From: Bacteroidota bacterium
Lineage (GTDB): Bacteria; Bacteroidota; Bacteroidia; AKYH767-A; 2013-40CM-41-45
Assembly: GCA_016708785.1 (NCBI GenBank)
Contig: JADJFC010000001.1
Location: 176,147-240,146 of the forward strand
DNA: 64,000 bases
Direction: 5' to 3'
The stretch's first letter is position 1, and every line of letters starts with the position of its first letter. A program made the translations under genes and the position numbers. The notes under the pieces are model-generated. The model ran no database searches, had not been told where the DNA came from, and saw nothing but the letters and a program-made list of their open reading frames with translations. Positions 17,050-25,608 of this stretch are shown here, piece by piece.

Positions 17050-18471
17050 GTGAAAAAAAGCAATCCTTTCATTCTGCTTCTAATCAGTTTCGTAGCATAC
17101 TCTGTTTTCGTATCCGGACAAAATTACAATGTTGTTCAAACATTGAATGATCATGCCGGTGGAATCACAGTAATGACTACTGATCCTGCAAAAAAAATGC
17201 TCATTGCAGGTGATAATAAAGGAAATCTTTACTTCTATGACCTTGCCACATCTGCATTGATCAGAAAAGTAGATGCAAATGCCGCTCCGGTTTCTCAGTT
17301 GCGTTTTAATTCAAATAGCGACCTCCTTATCTCAGCAACAAATGACGGCGAGATCAAAATATTTGATTTCAAAAAAAACAAAATCATTCAATCCATTTAC
17401 TCTCCGGAGTATTCAGGAATACGATTCGTGCTGTTTTCTATTGCAGATGGCTTCATTTACTTCAACGGAAACAACAAACTTTTCAAAACACGTTCCGATC
17501 TTTCCCAAACCGTTAATCAAATTTATAATGAAAGTGACACATTGTATGATGCAGTTATTACCAACGATAGAAGCTCACTCATTTTTACGTGTGGAAATAT
17601 TATAAAAGTTCTCAATACAAGAACAGATAACCTACGTCAGGAAATAAAATTCGGAACCTCCGGCATCGAACATATTGCCTTGGTCAAAGATACACTATTG
17701 GCAACATGGTCGGCAGATGGAACTTTAGCAATGTGGAATTACAAATTAAATCAACTTGCTGCTGAACCTATCTTTTTCACGAAAGCCGGCAATCCTTCTC
17801 CTTTGACATTTTCTGAATCCGGCCGATTGATGTGCAGTGGAAATATTGGCACATGGGCAAGAGTCTGGGTACCGTTGGAAAAACAAATTCTACAAGAATT
17901 GTTTTCGCATAAAGACAAAGTTACTTCAGCTGCATTTGGAATCACTGATGACATTCTCTTTACCGGTAGTCTTGACAAAACAATTATTAAATGGCAAAAA
18001 GGAACTGACAAACCACCCGTGATCCAAAAACCAATCACAAAACAGGAAGTAAAAATAGAGCCTACTCCCATTCCTAATGCTGTTCCTTCCGATGTAAAAA
18101 TGGCAACAGAAAATGTTCCTGAAATAATTAAAGGGAGAAAAGTACTTTCTACTGAAAAAATTGAAGTCAATGTTTCTCAATTAAAAATCTATGTTTATGA
18201 TAACAGCTATATTGATGGTGATACCATGTCTCTTTTCTTTAATGGACAATGGATCGTTGATCATTATGGTGTGACGAAGAAGAAACATGAAGTGCAATTG
18301 AACTTTATTGAAAACACAAATAACTACTTGGTATTGTTTGCAAATAATCTGGGAAAAAGCCCTCCCAATACAGCAGCCATTGAGTTTGATGACGGAAAAA
18401 GGAAATATTTCTACCGTCTTTCCTCCGATTTGAAAACCTGCAGTGCTATTAACTTTTTCTATAAAAAATAG
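17050..18471 (+). CDS. Secreted WD40/beta-propeller repeat protein with an unassigned C-terminal domain
   Basis: 473 aa with a signal peptide. It has WD-like repeat ends (GDNKGNLYFYD, ATNDGEIKIFD, SADGTLAMWN, GSLDKTIIKWQ). The C-terminal ~110 aa (KIYVYDNSYIDGDTMSLFFNGQWIV...) are not recognised. Confidence 0.65.
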   Translation: MKKSNPFILLLISFVAYSVFVSGQNYNVVQTLNDHAGGITVMTTDPAKKMLIAGDNKGNLYFYDLATSALIRKVDANAAPVSQLRFNSNSDLLISATNDGEIKIFDFKKNKIIQSIYSPEYSGIRFVLFSIADGFIYFNGNNKLFKTRSDLSQTVNQIYNESDTLYDAVITNDRSSLIFTCGNIIKVLNTRTDNLRQEIKFGTSGIEHIALVKDTLLATWSADGTLAMWNYKLNQLAAEPIFFTKAGNPSPLTFSESGRLMCSGNIGTWARVWVPLEKQILQELFSHKDKVTSAAFGITDDILFTGSLDKTIIKWQKGTDKPPVIQKPITKQEVKIEPTPIPNAVPSDVKMATENVPEIIKGRKVLSTEKIEVNVSQLKIYVYDNSYIDGDTMSLFFNGQWIVDHYGVTKKKHEVQLNFIENTNNYLVLFANNLGKSPPNTAAIEFDDGKRKYFYRLSSDLKTCSAINFFYKK

Positions 18472-18546
18472 TAGCACACAGGTTTGCCTTTAAAAAATAA
18501 ATGTATTTTGTCCTATTCCAAAAAAAACGAATAAAACCCTTAAAAA

Positions 18547-19872
18547 ATGAAGAAAATCTACTTATTGCTTGCTGTTATTTTGTTTCTAACTGTTAAATCT
18601 GATGCTCAATCTTGGGTCACTGTCGGTCCGGGAACAGCATTAGGAAATGCATCAAATGGTGTTAGAGCAATTGCTGTGAGCCCATATGATGGTTCAATTT
18701 ATGCCGGCGGAACTTTTACCGGTGCCTCCGTTAGCTATTTAGCTAAATACAATCCAACTACAGATTCCTGGCAGCAAGTTGGTACTGGAATCAGTGGTCC
18801 TGTTTACGCTTTGAAATTCTTCAAAGGCAAATTATACATTGGCGGTCTATTTGCAAACGCCGGTGGCGTTGCAGTAAATAATATTGCCTCGGTAACTTCT
18901 GCTGGATCTTATAGCAGTGTTGGTGTAGGGTTAAATGATCAGGTTAACTGTTTATATGCCCCTTCAGATTCTGCTTACTTATATGCAGCAGGACGTTTCA
19001 ATGCTGATTTCTCAAACACAACCTCACTATTGCATATTGCAAAATTTGATCTGACTTCATGGTCTGCAGTTGGAAATGGTGTAACAGCAGTTGTAAATTG
19101 CATGACACAGTACAATTCTAAATTCTATACAGGAACTGAAAATAGCGCAAGTCCCGTTTACGAACTCAATGGTTCTACCTGGTCTTCAGTTTCAGGAATA
19201 TCTGGTGGAAAAGTATATGCTATCGCTAATTATGGTGGCTTCTTATATGCAGGTGGAGACTTTACATCACCTACTCAAGCTGCCTCTAAATACAATGGCA
19301 CATCTTGGGCAACAATTATAACCACATTGGCTTTTGGAACAACAATTCGTTCACTGGAAACTTTTGGACCTTACTTATTTATTGGAGGTACATTTACAAA
19401 TGTCGGTATTGGTGGTGCATATTACATAGGCAGAATTGATAGCCCAAGTATACCAATGAAAGCTGTTATTACTTCTAACAACCCCGGCTCTGCTCCTTAT
19501 GCAATTGCAAACAAAGACGGGTATATCTACTTAGGTGGTAACTTTTCTGCGTCTGGGTACAATGTGATCAAAAGTTCAATTACAATCGGTATTGATGAAG
19601 TAAATGATCTAATCGAAAGTTCAACATTCTACCCAAATCCAATGACAACAACAGGTACGCTGAATGTTAAATTGAAAAAGCATGCATCTGTTGCCCACCT
19701 TTCCATAATCGATGCTCAAGGAAAAGTTGTGGTGGAAAATGAGATCACTGAAATGAATAATAATGAGATCAACTTTACGGTGAACAGAAATGACATGGCT
19801 GCCGGAATGTACTACTACCGACTGGATGTAGACGGAAATGCTGTTTCTTCTCACCCGTTTGTTATCGAATAA
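18547..19872 (+). CDS. Secreted beta-propeller-like repeat protein with T9SS C-terminal domain
   Basis: 441 aa with a signal peptide and repeated GG.F(T/A) blades (YAGGTFTG, YIGGLFANAGG, YAGGDFTS, FIGGTFTNVG, YLGGNFSASG). The CTD is YPNPMTTTGTLNV...GMYYYRLDVDGNAVSSHPFVIE. Confidence 0.6.
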   Translation: MKKIYLLLAVILFLTVKSDAQSWVTVGPGTALGNASNGVRAIAVSPYDGSIYAGGTFTGASVSYLAKYNPTTDSWQQVGTGISGPVYALKFFKGKLYIGGLFANAGGVAVNNIASVTSAGSYSSVGVGLNDQVNCLYAPSDSAYLYAAGRFNADFSNTTSLLHIAKFDLTSWSAVGNGVTAVVNCMTQYNSKFYTGTENSASPVYELNGSTWSSVSGISGGKVYAIANYGGFLYAGGDFTSPTQAASKYNGTSWATIITTLAFGTTIRSLETFGPYLFIGGTFTNVGIGGAYYIGRIDSPSIPMKAVITSNNPGSAPYAIANKDGYIYLGGNFSASGYNVIKSSITIGIDEVNDLIESSTFYPNPMTTTGTLNVKLKKHASVAHLSIIDAQGKVVVENEITEMNNNEINFTVNRNDMAAGMYYYRLDVDGNAVSSHPFVIE

Positions 19873-19930
19873 TCTTCAAAATCAAGGTTTCAGAATTAAT
19901 CGTTGAAATATTTATAGATGAACCTGCAAA

Positions 19931-19977
19931 GCAAATTTCATTTTCTTAAATTTACATATTAAGAAAATGAAATTTGC
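19931..19977 (+). promoter_or_regulatory. Perfect 19-bp inverted repeat (9-nt spacer) covering the start codon of the exonuclease/GIY-YIG gene
   Basis: GCAAATTTCATTTTCTTAA (19931-19949), atttacata, TTAAGAAAATGAAATTTGC (19959-19977). The ATG at 19967-19969 lies inside the right arm. Confidence 0.8.
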
Positions 19978-21340
19978 AATTGTAGATATAGAGACCACCG
20001 GCGGCAATTCCATAAGGAATAAGATCACCGAAATTGCAATTTACATCCACGACGGAGAAAAGATCATTGATCAATTTGTTTCATTAGTAAATCCCGAGTG
20101 TCCCATTGCCCCTTTTATCAGTAACCTTACCGGCATCACCAATGAAATGGTCGAAGATGCACCCAAATTTTATGAGATTGCAAAAGACATTGTCACGCTA
20201 ACTGATGGTGCTGTCTTTGTTGCTCATAACGCTCAATTCGATTATGGCTTCATTCGCGAAGAATATAAATCCTTAGGATATAATTATTCCCGCGACTATC
20301 TCTGTACAGTAAAACTAAGTCGAAAAGTTTTACCGGGATTTGCCTCATACAGTTTAGGAAACCTTTGTCAGAATTTAGGAATATCCATCGCAAACAGACA
20401 TCGGGCAAGTGGGGATGCTTTGGCCACAGTGAAGTTGTTTGAAATGATCCTCGGTCGTGATCCCGATCAGGAGATCATAAAAACCTTTACAAAGAACGAT
20501 TACTTGCACCTGCGATTCCCTGTAGGCTTTGATCATAAGATATTGGACAACATCCCTGAGAAACCGGGGGTTTACTATTTTCACAATGAAGATGGTACTA
20601 CAGTTTATGTCGGGAAAAGTAATAATATTCGAAAGCGTGTCCTTTCCCATTTTTCAAATAAACAATCCAAGAAAGCAATTGAATTAAGAAATTCAATCAA
20701 AGATATTTCCTTTGAAGAAACAGGAAATGAATTGATCGCACTACTTCTCGAATCTGAAGAGATCAAAAAGATCCAACCTGTCTTCAACAGAATGCAAAAA
20801 AGAACAACTTTTAATTATGGTATATTCTCAACGATCAATGAAGCCGGATATATTACATTGTTCTCCGCTAAAGTGAAAAACCTCGATGATGCATTGATTA
20901 CTGCAGGTAGTTATGACGAAGCGGAAATGATCCTGCAGAAAATTCAAAACAAAAACAATTTGTGCCAAAAGCTTTGCGGTACAAAAGATATAAAGCATGC
21001 ATGTTTTGGTTACTCAGTCAGAATGTGCAACGGTGCCTGTATTGGAAAAGAATCGGCAGATGAATACAACATTCGTGCACAAGCAGCATTGGATAGTATT
21101 CAATACTCTCACCAAAATTTCATGATCATTGGATCCGGAAGACATCACTCAGAAAAATCAGTCACACATATTGAATCAGGTCGGTACATTGGTTTCGGAT
21201 ATTTTGAACCTGAATTTGTAAATGCTCATCCGGAAATTCTTCGTGAACACGTTAAACCAAGAACAGACAATAGAGATGTACAAAGAATTATCCGTCACTT
21301 TTTAAATACAGCCTCACCTTCTAACATTCTTACTTACTAA
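19967..21340 (+). CDS. DnaQ-like 3'-5' exonuclease fused to a GIY-YIG (Cho/UvrC-N-like) nuclease domain
   Basis: 457 aa with Exo I FAIVDIETTGG, Exo II VAHNAQFDYGF and Exo III HRASGDA. The GIY-YIG motif follows: PGVYYFHNEDGTTVYVGKSNNIRKRVLSHF. Confidence 0.85.
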   Translation: MKFAIVDIETTGGNSIRNKITEIAIYIHDGEKIIDQFVSLVNPECPIAPFISNLTGITNEMVEDAPKFYEIAKDIVTLTDGAVFVAHNAQFDYGFIREEYKSLGYNYSRDYLCTVKLSRKVLPGFASYSLGNLCQNLGISIANRHRASGDALATVKLFEMILGRDPDQEIIKTFTKNDYLHLRFPVGFDHKILDNIPEKPGVYYFHNEDGTTVYVGKSNNIRKRVLSHFSNKQSKKAIELRNSIKDISFEETGNELIALLLESEEIKKIQPVFNRMQKRTTFNYGIFSTINEAGYITLFSAKVKNLDDALITAGSYDEAEMILQKIQNKNNLCQKLCGTKDIKHACFGYSVRMCNGACIGKESADEYNIRAQAALDSIQYSHQNFMIIGSGRHHSEKSVTHIESGRYIGFGYFEPEFVNAHPEILREHVKPRTDNRDVQRIIRHFLNTASPSNILTY

Positions 21341-21922
21341 ATGGGATTTAAACGACACCTGCTTTCTCTATTTATCTTTCTTTCTATTTCCGGGTATAGT
21401 AGTGCTCAGAAAAGTAAAGAGATATTAAATTTGAATCTAAAAACGTATGAAAATACAATCTACGATTTTTCAACAATCAAAAACTCAAAGGCAACTGTCT
21501 ATGTATTCTTTCTGACCGATTGCCCGGCTTCACAGAACTACACACTTACGATCAATAAACTTCAAAAAAAATATTCAGACAAGAACATCCCTTTTATTAT
21601 CATCTTCCCTGATACATATTCTACGACTGATGAAATAAAAGAATTCAAGTCAAAGTATAAAATTCAAATGCCAATTGTGCTTGACCCTGAATTGTCTTTT
21701 ACAAAATTACTGCCGGCCAAAGTTGCACCTCAGTGTTTTGTATTAGATAACAATGCCAATATTCTATATGAAGGTCGGATTGATGACTGGTATTATTCCC
21801 CCGGTAAGAAGCGAACCGTAATTCGTTCTAATGATTTGGATGCAGCACTTACCAATTTTCTTTCAGGAAAACCGATCGCTCCTGCAAAAACAACTCCGTA
21901 TGGTTGCATTATCAATTACTGA
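21341..21922 (+). CDS. Secreted thioredoxin-fold (redoxin/TlpA-like) protein with a monothiol CPAS motif
   Basis: 193 aa with a signal peptide. VYVFFLTDCPASQNY stands where CxxC is expected. The gap to the upstream gene is 0 nt and to the downstream gene 3 nt. Confidence 0.6.
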   Translation: MGFKRHLLSLFIFLSISGYSSAQKSKEILNLNLKTYENTIYDFSTIKNSKATVYVFFLTDCPASQNYTLTINKLQKKYSDKNIPFIIIFPDTYSTTDEIKEFKSKYKIQMPIVLDPELSFTKLLPAKVAPQCFVLDNNANILYEGRIDDWYYSPGKKRTVIRSNDLDAALTNFLSGKPIAPAKTTPYGCIINY

Positions 21923-21925
21923 TCT

Positions 21926-23296
21926 ATGAGCATATTCAAAAAACTCCTTTCGATCATACTATTGCTTTTCACAATGTCCGCATGCAATTTAGTAAATAAG
22001 GATTCTGCGAACGACAATTTGCATTTTACGTTCACCGAACACATTGCTCCTATCATTTACAAAAACTGCAGTCCATGCCATCGCCCCGGGTCCGGCGCCC
22101 CTTTTGATCTGATCACTTTTGAAGATGTGAAAGAACACTTGAAAACCGTTCAACTTACGATTAACGAAAGATTGATGCCTCCATGGCCGGCTGATACTGC
22201 TTACTCGCATTTCAGAGATGAAAAAGTGATGACAAAAGAAGAAATTTTTGCTGTGAATAAATGGATCGAAGAAGGAGCCGTTGAAGGTGACAATAGCAAA
22301 CTTCCGTCACCACCGGTTTTTTATAGTGGAAGTCTATTGGGCAAACCTGATCTCACACTTAAGATGAAGCCATATAAAATCAGCGGTGACAATAAGGATA
22401 ATTTTATCATGCTAAAAATTCCATTCGAATTGGAGAAAGATACATTTATCCGTGCGATTGAAATCATTCCGGGAAATAAAAAACTTGTCCATCATATCAA
22501 TGCCCACCTTATCCAATATTCTGCCGGTGCGAAGAAAAACTACTCAAGTGGAAAACCATTTGTTGATACAGAGAAAAGCGATAAGCTTCATGCATTTGAA
22601 GCTTTGGAACTGAAAAACGATGATGGCACCTATCCTTTGCTTACACCATCTGTTACAAATTATTTACCCGGAGTTGAAACAGCAATGTATCCGCAGGGAA
22701 TCGGTGGTTTCAAAGCAAAGAAAAATGGAGCAATTTTACTTGACAATATTCATTATGGTCCATCACCAATTGACACCAGCGATGAAACTGAATTCAATAT
22801 TTTCTTCGCACCAAAAGCTCCTGCACGTCCAACGACTGAATTCATTTTAGGTACTAGTGGAATTTCTCCAGTCGTGCCAACTTTAATTATACCACCCAAT
22901 GAGGTAAAAACTTTTGTGACACGATTTAAAGTGGATTCAGACATTTCTTTACTTACTGTCAATCCGCATATGCATTTGCTCGGAAAAAAGTTTGTTGCAT
23001 ACGGTATCACTCCCGGGAATGACACACTACACTTAATTCGAATTAACAACTGGGACTTCAGGTGGCAGTATTTTTATACTTTTGAAAAGATGATGAAAAT
23101 TCCGGCGGGAACTGAGATCGTTGTCGAAGGTACTTTCGATAATACTGTTAACAATCCACTCAACCCATTCAACCCGCCAAGAACCGTTTCGGAACGCGAA
23201 GGAAGTATGCGGACAACTGATGAAATGTTTCAATTGATCTGTACCTTTCTTCCTTATCAATCCGGAGATGAAAATATATCTTTGAAAGCTAAATGA
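21926..23296 (+). CDS. Lipoprotein with an N-terminal CxxCH heme-c motif and a PHM/DBH-like copper type II monooxygenase ligand pattern
   Basis: 456 aa with lipobox LFTMSAC and IAPIIYKNCSPCHRPGSGAPFDL (CxxCH). Then come LVHHINAH, NIHYG, NPHMHLLG and GSMRTTDEMF, in the order of the CuH (H,H,H) and CuM (H,H,M) ligands. Confidence 0.55.
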   Translation: MSIFKKLLSIILLLFTMSACNLVNKDSANDNLHFTFTEHIAPIIYKNCSPCHRPGSGAPFDLITFEDVKEHLKTVQLTINERLMPPWPADTAYSHFRDEKVMTKEEIFAVNKWIEEGAVEGDNSKLPSPPVFYSGSLLGKPDLTLKMKPYKISGDNKDNFIMLKIPFELEKDTFIRAIEIIPGNKKLVHHINAHLIQYSAGAKKNYSSGKPFVDTEKSDKLHAFEALELKNDDGTYPLLTPSVTNYLPGVETAMYPQGIGGFKAKKNGAILLDNIHYGPSPIDTSDETEFNIFFAPKAPARPTTEFILGTSGISPVVPTLIIPPNEVKTFVTRFKVDSDISLLTVNPHMHLLGKKFVAYGITPGNDTLHLIRINNWDFRWQYFYTFEKMMKIPAGTEIVVEGTFDNTVNNPLNPFNPPRTVSEREGSMRTTDEMFQLICTFLPYQSGDENISLKAK

Positions 23297-23733
23297 CACA
23301 ATTTTCAATCATCGAACCAATTACAGAAAATGATCTGGCTGATTATTATCGGATCCGGTATGAAATTCTGCGAAAGCCATGGAACCAGCCAAGCGCAACG
23401 ACCAAAGATGATACAGAGCATCTTTCCGTTCATCTATTAGTAAGAGATGAGAATGGGAAGGCAGTTGCCACAGGAAGAATGCAATTCAATTCACCAACAG
23501 AGGCTCAGATCCGATCTATGGCAGTGATAGATGGATACCAAGGCAAAGGCATTGGAAGTTTCATCATACAGCATCTCGAAAAAATTGCAGCAAGTAAAAA
23601 TATCAAACAGATTCTTCTCGATTCACGAGAAAATGCCGTATCATTTTACTTAAAGAATGGATATGAGATCGAAGCTCCTTCGTACTTGCTTTTCGGAGAA
23701 ATAAAACATTTTAGAATGATAAAATACTTGTAA
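23293..23733 (+). CDS. GNAT family N-acetyltransferase
   Basis: 146 aa with the acetyl-CoA motif VIDGYQGKGIGSFII. It has an ATGA overlap with the upstream stop. Confidence 0.85.
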   Translation: MTQFSIIEPITENDLADYYRIRYEILRKPWNQPSATTKDDTEHLSVHLLVRDENGKAVATGRMQFNSPTEAQIRSMAVIDGYQGKGIGSFIIQHLEKIAASKNIKQILLDSRENAVSFYLKNGYEIEAPSYLLFGEIKHFRMIKYL

Positions 23734-23744
23734 GTACTTAAATC

Positions 23745-24794
23745 CTACCTAGCTTTCATCAATGTAAAAGCAAAAGTGGTTCCTACGCCGGAAGTACTTC
23801 TGACGTTGATCGTTTGCTGATGGGCTTCAATGATGTGTTTTACAATTGCTAAACCAAGACCTGTTCCACCCTGTTCGCGTGATCTGCTTTTGTCAACACG
23901 AAAGAATCGTTCAAAGATCCTGGACAGATCTTTCGAATCAATTCCAATTCCGTTATCAGTGATCTCTACAAGGATCTTCTCATCCATGTCGTAAAAACCA
24001 ACCATGGTCGATCCGTTTCTCTTACCATATTTAATAGAGTTGATCAATAAATTCACCAATACTTGTCTGATCCTATCCTTGTCTGCAACAACATAAAACT
24101 GTTTGTCGCTTCCTTCTTTGAAATCGACTTTAATATCCATTTCTTTCGCCTTCAATTCGATCGATTCGAAAACTTCATGGGCAAGATCACGAATGTCAAA
24201 AGTACGCTGGTCAAGGATCAATTCACCACTTTCCAGTTTTGAAATTGCTTCCAGGTCATCAACAATGAGAGTAAGCCGTTCAACAGATTTAGATGCTCTC
24301 TGAAGATAATTAACATTCACTTCAGGATCATCTAAGGCTCCTTCTAGTAATGTATGAATGTATCCCTGAATGTTAAACAACGGCGTCTTTAACTCATGCG
24401 ATACATTTCCAAGAAATTCTTTTCGGAAATTTTCCATTTGTTTCAATTGAGCAATTTCATCATTTCTGTCTTTATCCCACTCTATTACTTCTTTGCTCAC
24501 ATTTGAAATGATATCATTGTTCATATCCAATTGCTGCAAAGTTTTTTCTTTAGAATTCTTTTCAGTAGTGATTGTCTTATAGATCAGCTTGATCTTTCTG
24601 TAAATAAAGATCTCCAATAAGGTTTTAAAAATAATATAAGTCGAAACAAAAGAAACCACAAAAATAACCAGGTTGTGGAACCAAATATTTTGAAAAATTT
24701 TAAAATAACTGAATATAAAATCGGAGATCAAAATGATAACCGATGCTATAAGTGCCGCTAATAAAGCAAGTACTCTTGGTGTTGGATTCTTCAA
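23745..24794 (-). CDS. Sensor histidine kinase (HisKA + HATPase_c)
   Basis: 349 aa with 2 N-terminal TM helices, H-box FLGNVSHELKTPL, N-box LINSIKYG and G-boxes DNGIGI, GGTGLGLAIV. Confidence 0.9.
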   Translation of the reverse strand: MKNPTPRVLALLAALIASVIILISDFIFSYFKIFQNIWFHNLVIFVVSFVSTYIIFKTLLEIFIYRKIKLIYKTITTEKNSKEKTLQQLDMNNDIISNVSKEVIEWDKDRNDEIAQLKQMENFRKEFLGNVSHELKTPLFNIQGYIHTLLEGALDDPEVNVNYLQRASKSVERLTLIVDDLEAISKLESGELILDQRTFDIRDLAHEVFESIELKAKEMDIKVDFKEGSDKQFYVVADKDRIRQVLVNLLINSIKYGKRNGSTMVGFYDMDEKILVEITDNGIGIDSKDLSRIFERFFRVDKSRSREQGGTGLGLAIVKHIIEAHQQTINVRSTSGVGTTFAFTLMKAR

Positions 24795-24809
24795 TATTTT
24801 TTTGAATTA

Positions 24810-25505
24810 CTAGAAATCGAATTTATATCCAATTCCTTTTACCGTTTTAATACTCTCTTCCCCTATTTTCTCTCTTAGTTTGCGAATGTGGACGTCAATC
24901 GTTCTGTCGCCAACAACTACCTCATTGCCCCAGACTCTTTCTAAAATTTCATCTCTGGTAAAAACTTTTCCGGCTTTGGATGCCAGCAGCGCAAGTAATT
25001 CGAATTCTTTTCTCGGCAATTCAATTCTGGTATCCCCTTTCATGACCATATACTGTTCGCGATTGATGATCAGATCACCGGCAGAGAAGATGCTTGCTTT
25101 TGGACTTATAATATCATCAGAGGTATTATAACGTCTGAATAAGGCATTAATTCGGCTTACAAGTACCCGCGGCTTTATAGGCTTTGTAATGTAATCGTCT
25201 GCGCCAACATCAAATCCTGCGATCTGAGAATAATCTTCATTGCGTGCAGTGAGAAATGCAATCATCGTTTTTCTGAATTCAGGAATGTCACGCAATGCCC
25301 TGCAGGTTTCAATTCCATCCATTTCAGGCATCATTATATCCAAAATAATTAAATCCGGATGAGTTTGCTTTGCTTTCACAATTGCCTCTCGACCATTTCC
25401 TGCCTTGAAAACTTCGTAATTCTCTTTCTTCAAATTGTACTCCATGAACTCAAGAATATCCGGTTCATCGTCGACAAGTAGAATTTTCAACTTTTTATCT
25501 TTCAT
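24810..25505 (-). CDS. OmpR/PhoB-type response regulator
   Basis: 231 aa with receiver domain (ILLVDDEPD...DLIILDIMMPEMDG) and a winged-helix output (DVHIRKLREKI...GIGYKF). Confidence 0.92.
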   Translation of the reverse strand: MKDKKLKILLVDDEPDILEFMEYNLKKENYEVFKAGNGREAIVKAKQTHPDLIILDIMMPEMDGIETCRALRDIPEFRKTMIAFLTARNEDYSQIAGFDVGADDYITKPIKPRVLVSRINALFRRYNTSDDIISPKASIFSAGDLIINREQYMVMKGDTRIELPRKEFELLALLASKAGKVFTRDEILERVWGNEVVVGDRTIDVHIRKLREKIGEESIKTVKGIGYKFDF

Positions 25506-25608
25506 ATTCGTGTGTGAAGTTACCTGCCTTTCGCTAAATTCATGTTATGTAAATGTAAACAAAAGGTTACTTCGACTTCACATTGACTATGTAATCTACA
25601 CATATTCA

